Assembly (NCBI GenBank): GCA_045648645.1
Contig: JAZROH010000122.1
Span: 1-59,982 of the forward strand
Source: Clostridia bacterium
Lineage (GTDB): Bacteria > Bacillota > Clostridia > UMGS1883 > UMGS1540
DNA length: 59,982 nucleotides
Direction: 5' to 3'
Below are positions 39,793 through 49,284 of this stretch, one piece after another (within the stretch, counting starts at the first letter, position 1; every line of letters starts with the position of its first letter). Both the position numbers and the translations under genes were made by a program. Under the pieces are notes generated by a model. The model ran no database searches. It saw only the letters and a program-made list of their open reading frames with translations, and was not told the origin of the DNA.

Positions 39793-41616
39793 ATGAACGA
39801 GGTCAAAACACCAAAGAAGCCACTGCTTTTTTATTATGCGATTGCAATCGGTGTATTACTGCTTTTTAATATGCTGATTACGCCGAATCTGTTCGGTGCC
39901 CGTATGGAGGAAGTGGACTACGGTACGTTTATGCGAATGACAGACGAAAAGAACATCGGGATTGTACAGATTGAAGCAAACCGAATTGTTTTCACCGATA
40001 AAACGGAAAAAATTGTTTACGAAACAGGACGCATCGAGGATGCCGGTATGGTAGACCGATTATATGCGGCGGGCGCAAAATTCGGCGGGGAAATTGTGGA
40101 GGAAGCGTCTCCGATTTTGAGCTTGCTTTTATCTTGGATTATTCCTATATTGCTTTTTGTGGGCGTAGGGCAGTTTTTATCGAAAAAAATGATGAAGAAA
40201 ATGGGCGGCGGTCCCGATTCCATGATGTTCGGTATGGGAAAGAGCCATGCCAAAATTTACGTAAAATCCTCCTCGGGCATTAAGTTTTCGGATGTGGCGG
40301 GGGAGGATGAGGCGAAGGAAAACCTTGCGGAGGTGGTAGACTATCTCCATAACCCGAAAAAGTACAGCGCCATCGGCGCGTCCATGCCGAAAGGAATTTT
40401 GCTCGTAGGGCCTCCGGGAACGGGGAAAACCATGCTTGCAAAGGCAGTTGCGGGCGAAGCAAACGTACCCTTTTTCTCCATTTCCGGCTCGGAATTTGTG
40501 GAGATGTTTGTGGGTATGGGCGCATCGAAGGTGCGCGACCTTTTTAAGCAGGCAAAGGAAAAAGCGCCATGTATTGTATTTATTGACGAAATTGATGCCA
40601 TCGGGAAAAAGCGCGACGGGCACATAGGCGGCAACGATGAACGCGAGCAGACCCTAAATCAGCTTCTTACAGAGATGGACGGATTTGAGGGAAATACAGG
40701 GGTTATGATTTTGGCGGCGACCAACCGACCCGAATCCTTAGACCCGGCACTTCTCCGTCCGGGACGGTTTGACCGCCGTGTGCCGGTAGAACTTCCGGAT
40801 TTAAAGGGAAGAGAAGAAATCCTGAAGGTTCACGCACGCAAAATCAAAGCAAGCCCGGAGATTGATTATAACGCCGTTGCGCGCATGGCATCCGGTGCCA
40901 GCGGTGCGGAACTTGCCAACGTTATAAACGAAGCGGCGCTTCGGGCGGTGCGGGAAAATCGGCGGCAGGTAACACAGGCGGACATGGAGGAGAGCATCGA
41001 GGTTGTAATTGCCGGTTACCGAAAAAAGAATGCTATTTTGTCCAATAAGGAAAAGTTGATTGTGGCATACCACGAGGTGGGACATGCCCTTGCAGCGGCA
41101 CTGCAGTCTCATTCCGCACCGGTGCAGAAAATTACAATTATTCCCCGCACAAGCGGCGCACTCGGCTATACAATGCAGGTGGATGAAGATGAGCATTATC
41201 TCCTTTCTAAGGAAGAACTTACGAACAAGATTTTGACGTTTACGGCGGGGCGTGCGGCGGAGGAAGTGGTGTTCGGCTCGGTGACAACGGGTGCGGCGAA
41301 CGATATTGAACAGGCAACAAAGCTTGCCCGTGCCATGATTTGCCGATATGGCATGAGCGAGGAATTCGGTATGGTGTGCATGGAGCAGGTGACGAATATT
41401 TATCTCGGCGGGGACGCAAGCCTTACCTGCTCGCCCGAAACGCAGACAAAAATTGACGATACTGTAGCGCGCCTTGTGCAGACACAATACGAAAAAGCGG
41501 TACAGATGTTACGGGAGAATAAACCGAAGCTGGACGAAATTGCAAAGCATCTATATGAGAAAGAAACAATTACGGGTGAGGAATTTATGGGAATTCTGTA
41601 CGCACCAATTGAATAA
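39793..41616 (+). CDS. ftsH: ATP-dependent zinc metalloprotease FtsH
   Basis: GPPGTGKT, the AAA SRH and the HEVGHAL zinc motif are present. Confidence 0.95.
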   Translation: MNEVKTPKKPLLFYYAIAIGVLLLFNMLITPNLFGARMEEVDYGTFMRMTDEKNIGIVQIEANRIVFTDKTEKIVYETGRIEDAGMVDRLYAAGAKFGGEIVEEASPILSLLLSWIIPILLFVGVGQFLSKKMMKKMGGGPDSMMFGMGKSHAKIYVKSSSGIKFSDVAGEDEAKENLAEVVDYLHNPKKYSAIGASMPKGILLVGPPGTGKTMLAKAVAGEANVPFFSISGSEFVEMFVGMGASKVRDLFKQAKEKAPCIVFIDEIDAIGKKRDGHIGGNDEREQTLNQLLTEMDGFEGNTGVMILAATNRPESLDPALLRPGRFDRRVPVELPDLKGREEILKVHARKIKASPEIDYNAVARMASGASGAELANVINEAALRAVRENRRQVTQADMEESIEVVIAGYRKKNAILSNKEKLIVAYHEVGHALAAALQSHSAPVQKITIIPRTSGALGYTMQVDEDEHYLLSKEELTNKILTFTAGRAAEEVVFGSVTTGAANDIEQATKLARAMICRYGMSEEFGMVCMEQVTNIYLGGDASLTCSPETQTKIDDTVARLVQTQYEKAVQMLRENKPKLDEIAKHLYEKETITGEEFMGILYAPIE

Positions 41617-41640
41617 GGAACGGTGGAAAGCACCACAAAA

Positions 41641-41679
41641 ACCCACCTGCACTGCCTTTTTTCGGCAGTGCAGGTGGGT
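41641..41679. terminator. bidirectional intrinsic terminator
   Basis: 16-bp stem ACCCACCTGCACTGCC/GGCAGTGCAGGTGGGT flanked by A- and T-runs, lying between convergent genes. Confidence 0.8.
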
Positions 41680-41709
41680 TGAATTTTTTATATAAACCTA
41701 TGGTTACAG

Positions 41710-42876
41710 TTATGCAGCATCCTGCGAGAGGGAATCCCCATCTGTTGTAAAGATAATCGTTCCGTCCTGGTCTGTACGAAGAACGCAAGCTCCAATGGCG
41801 GCAAGGCGCAAAAGCGTCTTTTCGGCGGGATGTCCGTAGCTGTTTCCATTACCTACGCTAATTACGGCATACTGTGGCATTACCTTGTTTAGAAATGCTT
41901 CGGAGGAGGAAGTAGTAGAGCCGTGGTGCCCGACTTTCAGAACATCCGCCGCAAGATCCCCTTGCATTTGGACTTCGCTTTCTTCTTCTGCATCCCCCGT
42001 GAAAAGAAACGTGCGGTTTAAATAGGTAACAAGAAGCACCGCAGAAGCATTGTTGGCATCGGTGTTTTCTGCGGTGGGGGCTACCATGGTAATGGAAAGC
42101 CCGTCCGCGTCGAAAATCGATACGCCCGCTGCCGCTTTTAAAATCGGCACATTCGTTTCTTCTGCCGCTGTGAGAACATCTTTATAGGTTTTCGTATTGG
42201 CAGAAAGTGCAGGCATATAGAGAACATCCGTGGGGAGTGCGCGCAGAACATCATCCATACCGCCAATGTGGTCGGCATGCGGGTGTGTGCCGATAGCGTA
42301 TTCAATATCGGTTACACCTTGCTTTTTCAGATAGGATGCCACATCGTCCCCGTCCCCGTTTTGCCCGGCATCAATCAGCATGTCCTCGCCGTTTGGTAAA
42401 AGCAGAAGAATACTGTCTGCCTGCCCTACGTCAATAAAATGTACGGAGAGGGGACGCTTTACCCGTCTTTCCCCGTCGGTAATCCATACGGTTTCTGTTT
42501 TTTGTTGCCATCTGACATCGCACCCGAAGCTTTCGGCCACAAAACGGGCGGGAACAAGAGTGCGTCCTTCCACAATTTTGGCAGGAACGTCAAGCGCTTT
42601 TGCTTCCTCGTTTATATAAGCCGTCATTTTACCGATGGGGACAGATACGGTTGTATCCCCGCGCACACCGGTAGCAGTTTGGGTTTCCCCGTTCCACGAA
42701 ACCGCAGCACCGAGTGCTTCAAAAATAAAGCGCATGGGAACGAGGGTGCGTCCGTCTTCGATAATGGGCGGACTGTCAAAGGTGACAGGGGTATTGTTCA
42801 CCATCACGCGAATTTCTGCGTGGACGGGAAGGGCAAGAAAACAAAGCAAAAGCAGTAGTGCTGTCCATTTTTTCAT
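41710..42876 (-). CDS. secreted MBL-fold hydrolase (ComEC/Rec2-related lactamase domain) with copper amine oxidase N-terminal-like domains
   Basis: It has a signal peptide and two DGRTLVP(M/A)RF repeats, then the HPHADHIGG metallo-beta-lactamase motif. Confidence 0.75.
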   Translation of the reverse strand: MKKWTALLLLLCFLALPVHAEIRVMVNNTPVTFDSPPIIEDGRTLVPMRFIFEALGAAVSWNGETQTATGVRGDTTVSVPIGKMTAYINEEAKALDVPAKIVEGRTLVPARFVAESFGCDVRWQQKTETVWITDGERRVKRPLSVHFIDVGQADSILLLLPNGEDMLIDAGQNGDGDDVASYLKKQGVTDIEYAIGTHPHADHIGGMDDVLRALPTDVLYMPALSANTKTYKDVLTAAEETNVPILKAAAGVSIFDADGLSITMVAPTAENTDANNASAVLLVTYLNRTFLFTGDAEEESEVQMQGDLAADVLKVGHHGSTTSSSEAFLNKVMPQYAVISVGNGNSYGHPAEKTLLRLAAIGACVLRTDQDGTIIFTTDGDSLSQDAA

Positions 42877-42878
42877 AT

Positions 42879-43226
42879 TTATTCTCCTAATTTAAATGCA
42901 TCCGGCAAAAGCGCGGAAAGGCGTTTTGTGCCGGTTTTTGTAACAATGTCTATATCGCCAAACTCGGCAAGGGTCTGGCGGCAAATACCGCAGGGCGTAT
43001 GGGTGACGGCAATGGCGCGAAATGTGCGCACGCCTTGCGCGACAGCGGAAAATAAAGCCACACGCTCGGCACAAACGGTAGCACCAAAGGATGCATTTTC
43101 GACGTTACACCCTGTAAAGATTCTGCCGTCCTCCGCTAAAAGCGCCGCGCCCACGCGGACGTCAGAATAGGGAGCGTATGCGTTTTCTGCGGCACGCTCT
43201 GCCGCTTCGAGCAACGTTTTATACAT
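42879..43226 (-). CDS. cdd: cytidine deaminase
   Basis: 115 aa with CAERVA and PCGICRQ zinc motifs. Confidence 0.9.
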   Translation of the reverse strand: MYKTLLEAAERAAENAYAPYSDVRVGAALLAEDGRIFTGCNVENASFGATVCAERVALFSAVAQGVRTFRAIAVTHTPCGICRQTLAEFGDIDIVTKTGTKRLSALLPDAFKLGE

Positions 43227-43671
43227 TTTCTTCCCCTCGCATAAGACCCAGCCCGGTCAGAATTTTTTCTTCCATTGCCCGCATTTCGATGCGGTCTTCT
43301 TCTTCAATATGGTCGTAGCCATAAAGGTGCAGCATGGAATGTACGGTGAGAAAGCCGATTTCCCGCGCGGGGCTGTGCCCGTATGCTTCTGCCTGCTCGT
43401 ATGCTTTTTCCAGCGACAGAACAATATCCCCGAGAATACGTTCATCATCCTCCATGGGGAAGGATAAAACATCCGTTTCCCTATCTATACCGCGCCACTG
43501 TGCGTTCAGTTCCCGGATTGCGGCATTGTCACACACAAGCACGGAAACGGCCTTCCTTTCGCCATTGCCGAGCATGCGAAATGCACCGCGGATGCTTTTT
43601 TTAATGGTGCGACGGACCGAAAAGGTCAAGGGGCAGACCTTTTGTTCATTTCGAAGCCAAATTGTAAGCAT
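43219..43671 (-). CDS. ybeY: rRNA maturation RNase YbeY
   Basis: The start is set at the internal ATG 43671 ([10 protein letters not shown]...). The [11 protein letters not shown] zinc motif is present. The track extension to 44058 lies inside the upstream gene. Confidence 0.9.
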   Translation of the reverse strand: MLTIWLRNEQKVCPLTFSVRRTIKKSIRGAFRMLGNGERKAVSVLVCDNAAIRELNAQWRGIDRETDVLSFPMEDDERILGDIVLSLEKAYEQAEAYGHSPAREIGFLTVHSMLHLYGYDHIEEEDRIEMRAMEEKILTGLGLMRGEENV

Positions 43672-43672
43672 A

Positions 43673-45637
43673 TCAGTTCTCCTTCTTTTCATTTTCCGGA
43701 TATTGGATGCGGCTGTGGAAGTACCCGCAGAACACGTGAACAAAGGCGGATTCGATGGTTTCCATGTCCCGAAGGGTAAGACCGCTTTCGCCCATTTGTC
43801 CGTCACCCAGCTTTCCGTGCAGAATTTTCTGCACCATTTCGCGGATGCTCGCTTCATCCTTGTTTTCAAGGGAGCGCACCGCAGCTTCCACGGAATCGGC
43901 AAGCATAACGATGGCTTCCTCGCGTGTGTTGGGACGTGGACCCGGATAGCGGAACTTTTCCTCTTCCACTTCGCCCTCGTTTTCAATTTTTGCTTTATGG
44001 TAAAAGAAGGAAACCAGGGTATTGCCGTGGTGCGATGCAATAATACTGCGAATGGCACCGGGCAGGCGGTGTTGCCGCGCTAAATCATTGCCTTCTTTTA
44101 CATGTGAAATGATAATGGAAGCACTCAGCTGCGGATTCATTTTATCATGGGGATTTTCGGCGTACTGATTTTCCTTGAAATACTGCGGACGGCGCAGCTT
44201 GCCCACATCATGATAATAGGCACCCGTGCGTGCTAAAAGCGCATTTCCGCCGATAGCCTCGCAGGCAACCTCGGCAAGATTCCCCACCATAAGGCTATGG
44301 TGATAGGTGCCGGGGGCTTCCGTTAGAAGACGCTTTAGGAGCGGCTGGTCAGGATTGGAAAGCTCTAAAAGCTTAAAGGGGGTTGTTACGTCAAAGGCAT
44401 ATTCCCAGAAGGGAAGCGTGCCGATAATCAGCACGGAGCTGATAGCACCTGCGCCGAACCCGTACAAGCCACGAAGGAGCGCGCTTTCAAGCTCAAGCCC
44501 CTCTAAAACGCCGATGGCAAAATATAAGCCGAACTGGCATGCCGCCTGTATGACGGCGGAAAATACGAGGGTGTGCCGAAGCCCTGCACGCGTAAAGACA
44601 AACGCCGATAGAGTGCCGGAGAGAATCAGGCAGGAAAGGCAGAAAATATCGCCTTCAAAAATCAAAACGGACAAGATGGAAATTACGGCGTTGTATGTAA
44701 CGGCAAAGCGAATATCTACCAAAATGGCAAGAAGTGCTGTACCTGCAACAATCGGCAGGAGATAGGGGTTTATGGATTTGGCAATGCCCGCTGAGCTTAA
44801 GAGGACGGTCAAAGCGAAAATAATGGCAATCATGAGGAGAAGACCGTCATTTTTCAAACACTCATGGGCATACCGCCGCATATAGAGATACAAAACGGTG
44901 TAGCATGCGAAAAGAAGCAGGAATGCGCCGAAAATACTGAGCGCGTGAAGCCCTGCGGTATTGGACTCTATCATGCCAAGGTCGGAGAGTACCGCATATT
45001 GCGCCTGGGTGACAATATCCCCCTTTCGCACAATAACCTGATTTGCCTTATAGGTTACTTCTTCTACACTATCACGAAGTGCGCGCCGTGCCTCCTCTGT
45101 TTTTTCAGCATTAAAAAATTTGTTTTCTGCAAGGGTTGCATCCAGAAGTGAAACCGCGAAATCCGCGTAGCGCGTATTTTCGGACAAGACGGTGCGTGCC
45201 TCGGAAAGGGCGGCTCCCTTTTCTGTAATCCCTGCCTCCAAAAGCTCTCGTTGTGTTTCGATAAGAAGCGAGGAAAAAGCGGAAAAGGCGGCATCATCCA
45301 TGGAAAGAAGGGGCGAAATATCCATCCCTTCCGTTTGCGTTTCCTGCATGGGGGCGGAGGTTTCCCGCTGGGCACTTGCAAAAGCCAAAATGCTTCGAAG
45401 CGCCTTTTCCGATTCCTGCGTAATTTCAGGAGAAATATCGTATTTATCCGCAAGGTCTGCTTCTGCTTCCGCCCGCCGCCGCTCTGTGGTAAGCTCGTCC
45501 ACAATTTCGCGGGGTGCGTAGATGTCTGCAGGCGCGGTGCGCCCTGCGGCAATATCGTACTGTGTGGGGCGAAGCCCCGTCAGCATTAAAAGAAACGTAA
45601 CAATAAATGAAATCGCAATAATAATTATCTTTTTCAT
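43673..45637 (-). CDS. pgpH: 7TM-HD membrane phosphohydrolase (PgpH/YqfF family, cyclic-di-AMP phosphodiesterase type)
   Basis: 654 aa with an N-terminal extracellular region, 7 TM segments and an HDIG domain (HHSLMVGNLA..YHDVGK). Its position matches B. subtilis yqfF. Confidence 0.8.
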   Translation of the reverse strand: MKKIIIIAISFIVTFLLMLTGLRPTQYDIAAGRTAPADIYAPREIVDELTTERRRAEAEADLADKYDISPEITQESEKALRSILAFASAQRETSAPMQETQTEGMDISPLLSMDDAAFSAFSSLLIETQRELLEAGITEKGAALSEARTVLSENTRYADFAVSLLDATLAENKFFNAEKTEEARRALRDSVEEVTYKANQVIVRKGDIVTQAQYAVLSDLGMIESNTAGLHALSIFGAFLLLFACYTVLYLYMRRYAHECLKNDGLLLMIAIIFALTVLLSSAGIAKSINPYLLPIVAGTALLAILVDIRFAVTYNAVISILSVLIFEGDIFCLSCLILSGTLSAFVFTRAGLRHTLVFSAVIQAACQFGLYFAIGVLEGLELESALLRGLYGFGAGAISSVLIIGTLPFWEYAFDVTTPFKLLELSNPDQPLLKRLLTEAPGTYHHSLMVGNLAEVACEAIGGNALLARTGAYYHDVGKLRRPQYFKENQYAENPHDKMNPQLSASIIISHVKEGNDLARQHRLPGAIRSIIASHHGNTLVSFFYHKAKIENEGEVEEEKFRYPGPRPNTREEAIVMLADSVEAAVRSLENKDEASIREMVQKILHGKLGDGQMGESGLTLRDMETIESAFVHVFCGYFHSRIQYPENEKKEN

Positions 45638-45647
45638 ATGTTATCCC

Positions 45648-46607
45648 TTACTTTCGTTTTCCTGCGTTTCGTTCATAGGCATCAATAATTTTTTGTACCA
45701 ACGGATGCCGGACAACGTCCTTCGCCGTCAGATGCACAAAGGAAATACCTTCGATATTTTTCAAAATGGAAATGACATCCCGAAGCCCCGAACGCTTGCC
45801 ATCCGGAAGGTCTATCTGGGTAATGTCTCCCGTGATAATGGCTTTAGAGCCAAAGCCGATACGGGTCAGGAACATTTTCATCTGTTCGGGGGTGGTGTTT
45901 TGCGCTTCGTCTAAAATGATAAAGGCATCATCCAGCGTTCGCCCGCGCATGTAGGCAAGCGGTGCAACCTCAATAAGTCCCCTTTCAAAATATTTCATGT
46001 AGCTTTCCGTGCCGAGCATGTCGCTTAAGGCATCATACAGGGGACGAAGATAAGGATCAACCTTGTTTTGCAAATCACCGGGCAAAAAGCCGAGCTTTTC
46101 TCCGGCTTCCACCGCGGGACGGGTGAGAATGATGCGGCTTGCCTGCTTTTTCCGAAAGGCATCCACCGCGAGCGCTACCGCAAGGTAGGTTTTTCCTGTC
46201 CCCGCAGGGCCTATGCCAAAGGTTACGGTGCTGTTTTTTATGCTTTCCACATATGTTTTCTGTCCCAGTGTTTTTGCCTTTATGGGCTTGCCCTTTGCTG
46301 TGATGCACACATAGTTTTCGCCAAGGCTTGCCGCGGAAAAGGTGATGCCGTCCTCTGCCATGGTGATGGCGTAGCGCACGTCCTGCTCCGAAAGACCGTC
46401 TCCCTTTTCTAAAATTCCTTTCAGGTTTTCAAAGACATAGATGGCTTTCTGGGTGTTTGTATCCTCGCCCAGTATCTTGATAACGCCGTCGCGCGTGATA
46501 AGCTGCACATCCAACTCTTTTTCTATAAGCATTAAATTTTTGTCAAACGCGCCGAAAAGCTCAGATTGGTTTTTCATGCCGTTTATATCAAAATATCTCT
46601 CTGTCAT
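45648..46607 (-). CDS. phoH: PhoH family ATPase
   Basis: GPAGTGKTYLA and the ILDEAQN motif are present. Confidence 0.9.
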   Translation of the reverse strand: MTERYFDINGMKNQSELFGAFDKNLMLIEKELDVQLITRDGVIKILGEDTNTQKAIYVFENLKGILEKGDGLSEQDVRYAITMAEDGITFSAASLGENYVCITAKGKPIKAKTLGQKTYVESIKNSTVTFGIGPAGTGKTYLAVALAVDAFRKKQASRIILTRPAVEAGEKLGFLPGDLQNKVDPYLRPLYDALSDMLGTESYMKYFERGLIEVAPLAYMRGRTLDDAFIILDEAQNTTPEQMKMFLTRIGFGSKAIITGDITQIDLPDGKRSGLRDVISILKNIEGISFVHLTAKDVVRHPLVQKIIDAYERNAGKRK

Positions 46608-47793
46608 CCTCTGTTTCCTCCAGTATTTCCCGTATTTCTCCGATTTCCTCTATACATTCGACGGTACAAGTGACCGTAATGGTTCCATCTTCGTTTAGTA
46701 TGTGCGTATATTCCGTATTTATAATTTCTCCGTCCTCCGGAATTTGTATATCCGCTAAAAGCGTTTGCCCGTAAAAGAGAGCCGCATCCTCTGCCAAAAG
46801 CTTATCGCAGGATACATTTGTTTTGTAAATGGTATCTTTTTGAATGGTTATCGGTAAATATAAATCACCCCAAAGCCGAAGAGAAGTCGTTTCGCTTTCT
46901 GTTCGGTAGGTTTCAAAGGGCGCTTTTTTGCTATGCAGCGGCAGGTGAAAAGAGCCGAAAGATAAACTGTAACGCGTCTTTGTTTCTCCGGCATCCGTTT
47001 CTGTTTTCTTGGAAAGCGGAAAGGTGCCGCTTTTGGACGTCCAGGTTTTGGCACGCGCTGTACCTTCTGCATGGACAAGCATGGTTCCGCCGTGCTTCGT
47101 TTCTACGGTGCCGCTTATAAGAAGCGTACCCTTTTGTACCGTATCGCCCTCTTGCACGAGTGCCGTGCCCCGTGCCGCAGTACAGCTTACAATCACGCCG
47201 TCCCGCGATGCAACAATATTGGTCGGGCGGTGCACCGGAATAATTTCAGGCTTCGGTGTTTTCTCACGGACATGGACAAAAGCACGTGTGCCCCGAACCT
47301 CCACCCAAAGCCAGGAAAGCTCCGGTATTTCCCGTAGCATATCCTCTTTAATTTCGGATGCCTTCAATGTATATTTTAACACACCTACATCCAAACCGCA
47401 AGACTTCAGGGTATTTCTTATCAGATTTTTATCAATTTTTTCCGTTTCATCAATTTCAATTGCCCATATGAAAGAAGAAAGAAGGGTAAGGATCACGGCG
47501 AAAAGCAATACACCGACAATAAAAGCGCCACGTTTTCGGTGCCGGTGCAGAAAGAGAGGGAGTCCGCGCTTTCGAAGAATGCGCACCCGCGTTTTTGTTT
47601 TTCGCGCCGCTTCCCGTATGCGGAAAAAGCCCCGTATGCTTACGCAAACGGTGGCACGGGTGTCACTTTCTTTTCGAATGTGCCAAAGGTAGATGCCATG
47701 GCGCACACAGAGATTGATGAAACGTTCCAGACAGGGACCGTGCAGCCCCAGTACAAGAAACCCTTGGAGATAATGTAAAACAGAAAAAATCAT
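46588..47793 (-). CDS. yqfD: sporulation protein YqfD
   Basis: 401 aa. The N-terminal region resembles B. subtilis YqfD, there is a central TM, and synteny fits between yqfC and phoH. Confidence 0.85.
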   Translation of the reverse strand: MIFSVLHYLQGFLVLGLHGPCLERFINLCVRHGIYLWHIRKESDTRATVCVSIRGFFRIREAARKTKTRVRILRKRGLPLFLHRHRKRGAFIVGVLLFAVILTLLSSFIWAIEIDETEKIDKNLIRNTLKSCGLDVGVLKYTLKASEIKEDMLREIPELSWLWVEVRGTRAFVHVREKTPKPEIIPVHRPTNIVASRDGVIVSCTAARGTALVQEGDTVQKGTLLISGTVETKHGGTMLVHAEGTARAKTWTSKSGTFPLSKKTETDAGETKTRYSLSFGSFHLPLHSKKAPFETYRTESETTSLRLWGDLYLPITIQKDTIYKTNVSCDKLLAEDAALFYGQTLLADIQIPEDGEIINTEYTHILNEDGTITVTCTVECIEEIGEIREILEETEDDREIF

Positions 47794-47802
47794 ATTGTAC
47801 CT

Positions 47803-48081
47803 CTATTCAAATTCAATTTTGGAGATGATGCCCTGTATCGTAACATCCTCGTCCGTTATGGCGGAAATGTCCAAGTTTTCACCGGTAAGATTTAGGATGC
47901 CCGCGGCGGTATATAGGCGGATTTTTTCGCGGGAAAGCTCAATAACGCCTTTATAGTTTTCCACAGAGGCTTCTTTGCCTGCAAGCACGGTGATTTTAGG
48001 CATAGATAACGCAATTTCCTTTGGAAGCTCCATGGCATCGGCTACTTTTTCCCGTATGGGGGTTCGGTTTCGTTTTCGCAT
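47803..48081 (-). CDS. yqfC: sporulation protein YqfC
   Basis: The start is set at the internal ATG 48081 (MRKRNRTPIREKVADAMELPKEI...), with an RBS AAAGGA upstream. Confidence 0.85.
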   Translation of the reverse strand: MRKRNRTPIREKVADAMELPKEIALSMPKITVLAGKEASVENYKGVIELSREKIRLYTAAGILNLTGENLDISAITDEDVTIQGIISKIEFE

Positions 48082-48153
48082 GAAATCAGTCCTTTCGCCA
48101 TATGTATATGAGAAAGAACAAGAAAAAAAGACTGATTTTAAGGAGGACACGCC

Positions 48154-49200
48154 ATGAAAAAAATAATTGGCATAGGTGCGGCGGTTTTTGCCGTTATCAT
48201 TGCCTGTGCGCCCGCAGTTTCCGCAGATGCAGCGCGGGAGGCATTGGCAATATGCGGCGGGACGCTCATTCCTTCGCTGTTTCCCTTTTTTGTTTGTGCC
48301 AATGTTTTGGTGGGGAGCGGAATGACGGAAACGGCAGGGCGTATTCTGGAAAAACCCATGCGGCGCGGCTTCGGCATCGGCGGCGAAGGGGCGTCAGCTG
48401 TTTTGCTCGGGCTTATCAGCGGATATCCGGCGGGGGCAGCCGTAACATGCCGCCTGTATGCTGCGGGCGGAATTTCCCGTGAAGAAGCTGAGCGACTTTT
48501 GGCATTTACCAATAATGCCGGACCGCTCTTTGTAATCGGGGTGATTGGTATGGGCGTTTATCAAAGCCCTGCGGCAGGCTATATTTTGCTTTTAGCCCAG
48601 AGCCTTGCAGCACTTTCCGTTGGCGCTTGCATGCGGATTTTCGGGAAAAGAATCGAGGGGAAGCGCGTGAAAATGCGTAAAGGCTTTGGAGACCCCGTGG
48701 GGGATGCCGTGCAAACGCTTTTAACACTTTGCGGCTTTGTTGTCTTTTTCTCCGTGCTTACGGCATTTATGGAAACGGCAGGTATACTGGCGGCAATTCG
48801 CCGGATTTTGTGCATTGCAGGCATGGGAGAAAACACCGCCGCACTTTTAACAGAAGGGTTTTTCGAAATTACCGCGGCGGCAAAAAGCTGTGGAGCGGCA
48901 ATGCCCGCGATGGCAGGGCTACTTTCCTTTGGGGGGATGTCCGTTCTTTTGCAAACCGTTTCTCTTGTACGAAAAGCCGGCCTTTCGATGAGAAGCTATT
49001 TTTTAGGAAAAGCGCTTGCGGTTGGTTTTTCTGCTTTTTACTGTCGGTTATTACTTTCAGTATGGAAACCTTCCATGGCGGTGAGTCTTTCGGCACCCAT
49101 GGCAAAGACTGTGCTGTTCGGCGGGTATCTTGGGGCGGCGGCACTCCTTGCAATTGCCGTGTACGCATTGCATGCACTTTTGGAGAAATTTTGTAAATAA
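48154..49200 (+). CDS. ylbJ: sporulation integral membrane protein YlbJ (nucleoside-recognition/Gate domain)
   Basis: 348-aa polytopic ORF with the N-terminal EALAICGGTLIPSLFPFF motif. Confidence 0.75.
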   Translation: MKKIIGIGAAVFAVIIACAPAVSADAAREALAICGGTLIPSLFPFFVCANVLVGSGMTETAGRILEKPMRRGFGIGGEGASAVLLGLISGYPAGAAVTCRLYAAGGISREEAERLLAFTNNAGPLFVIGVIGMGVYQSPAAGYILLLAQSLAALSVGACMRIFGKRIEGKRVKMRKGFGDPVGDAVQTLLTLCGFVVFFSVLTAFMETAGILAAIRRILCIAGMGENTAALLTEGFFEITAAAKSCGAAMPAMAGLLSFGGMSVLLQTVSLVRKAGLSMRSYFLGKALAVGFSAFYCRLLLSVWKPSMAVSLSAPMAKTVLFGGYLGAAALLAIAVYALHALLEKFCK

Positions 49201-49284
49201 ACGTTGCATAGCAAACCCTTCTGTGCTATAATTCGCAGTATATGCTTTAAGGTGAAACATATCAGAATGATAAGGGAGAAGCGA

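Noticed and set aside
43672-44058. 5' extension of the ybeY ORF in the track (279 aa).
   Set aside because: The extension lies inside the pgpH coding region. YbeY homology begins at the internal ATG 43671, directly after the pgpH stop.
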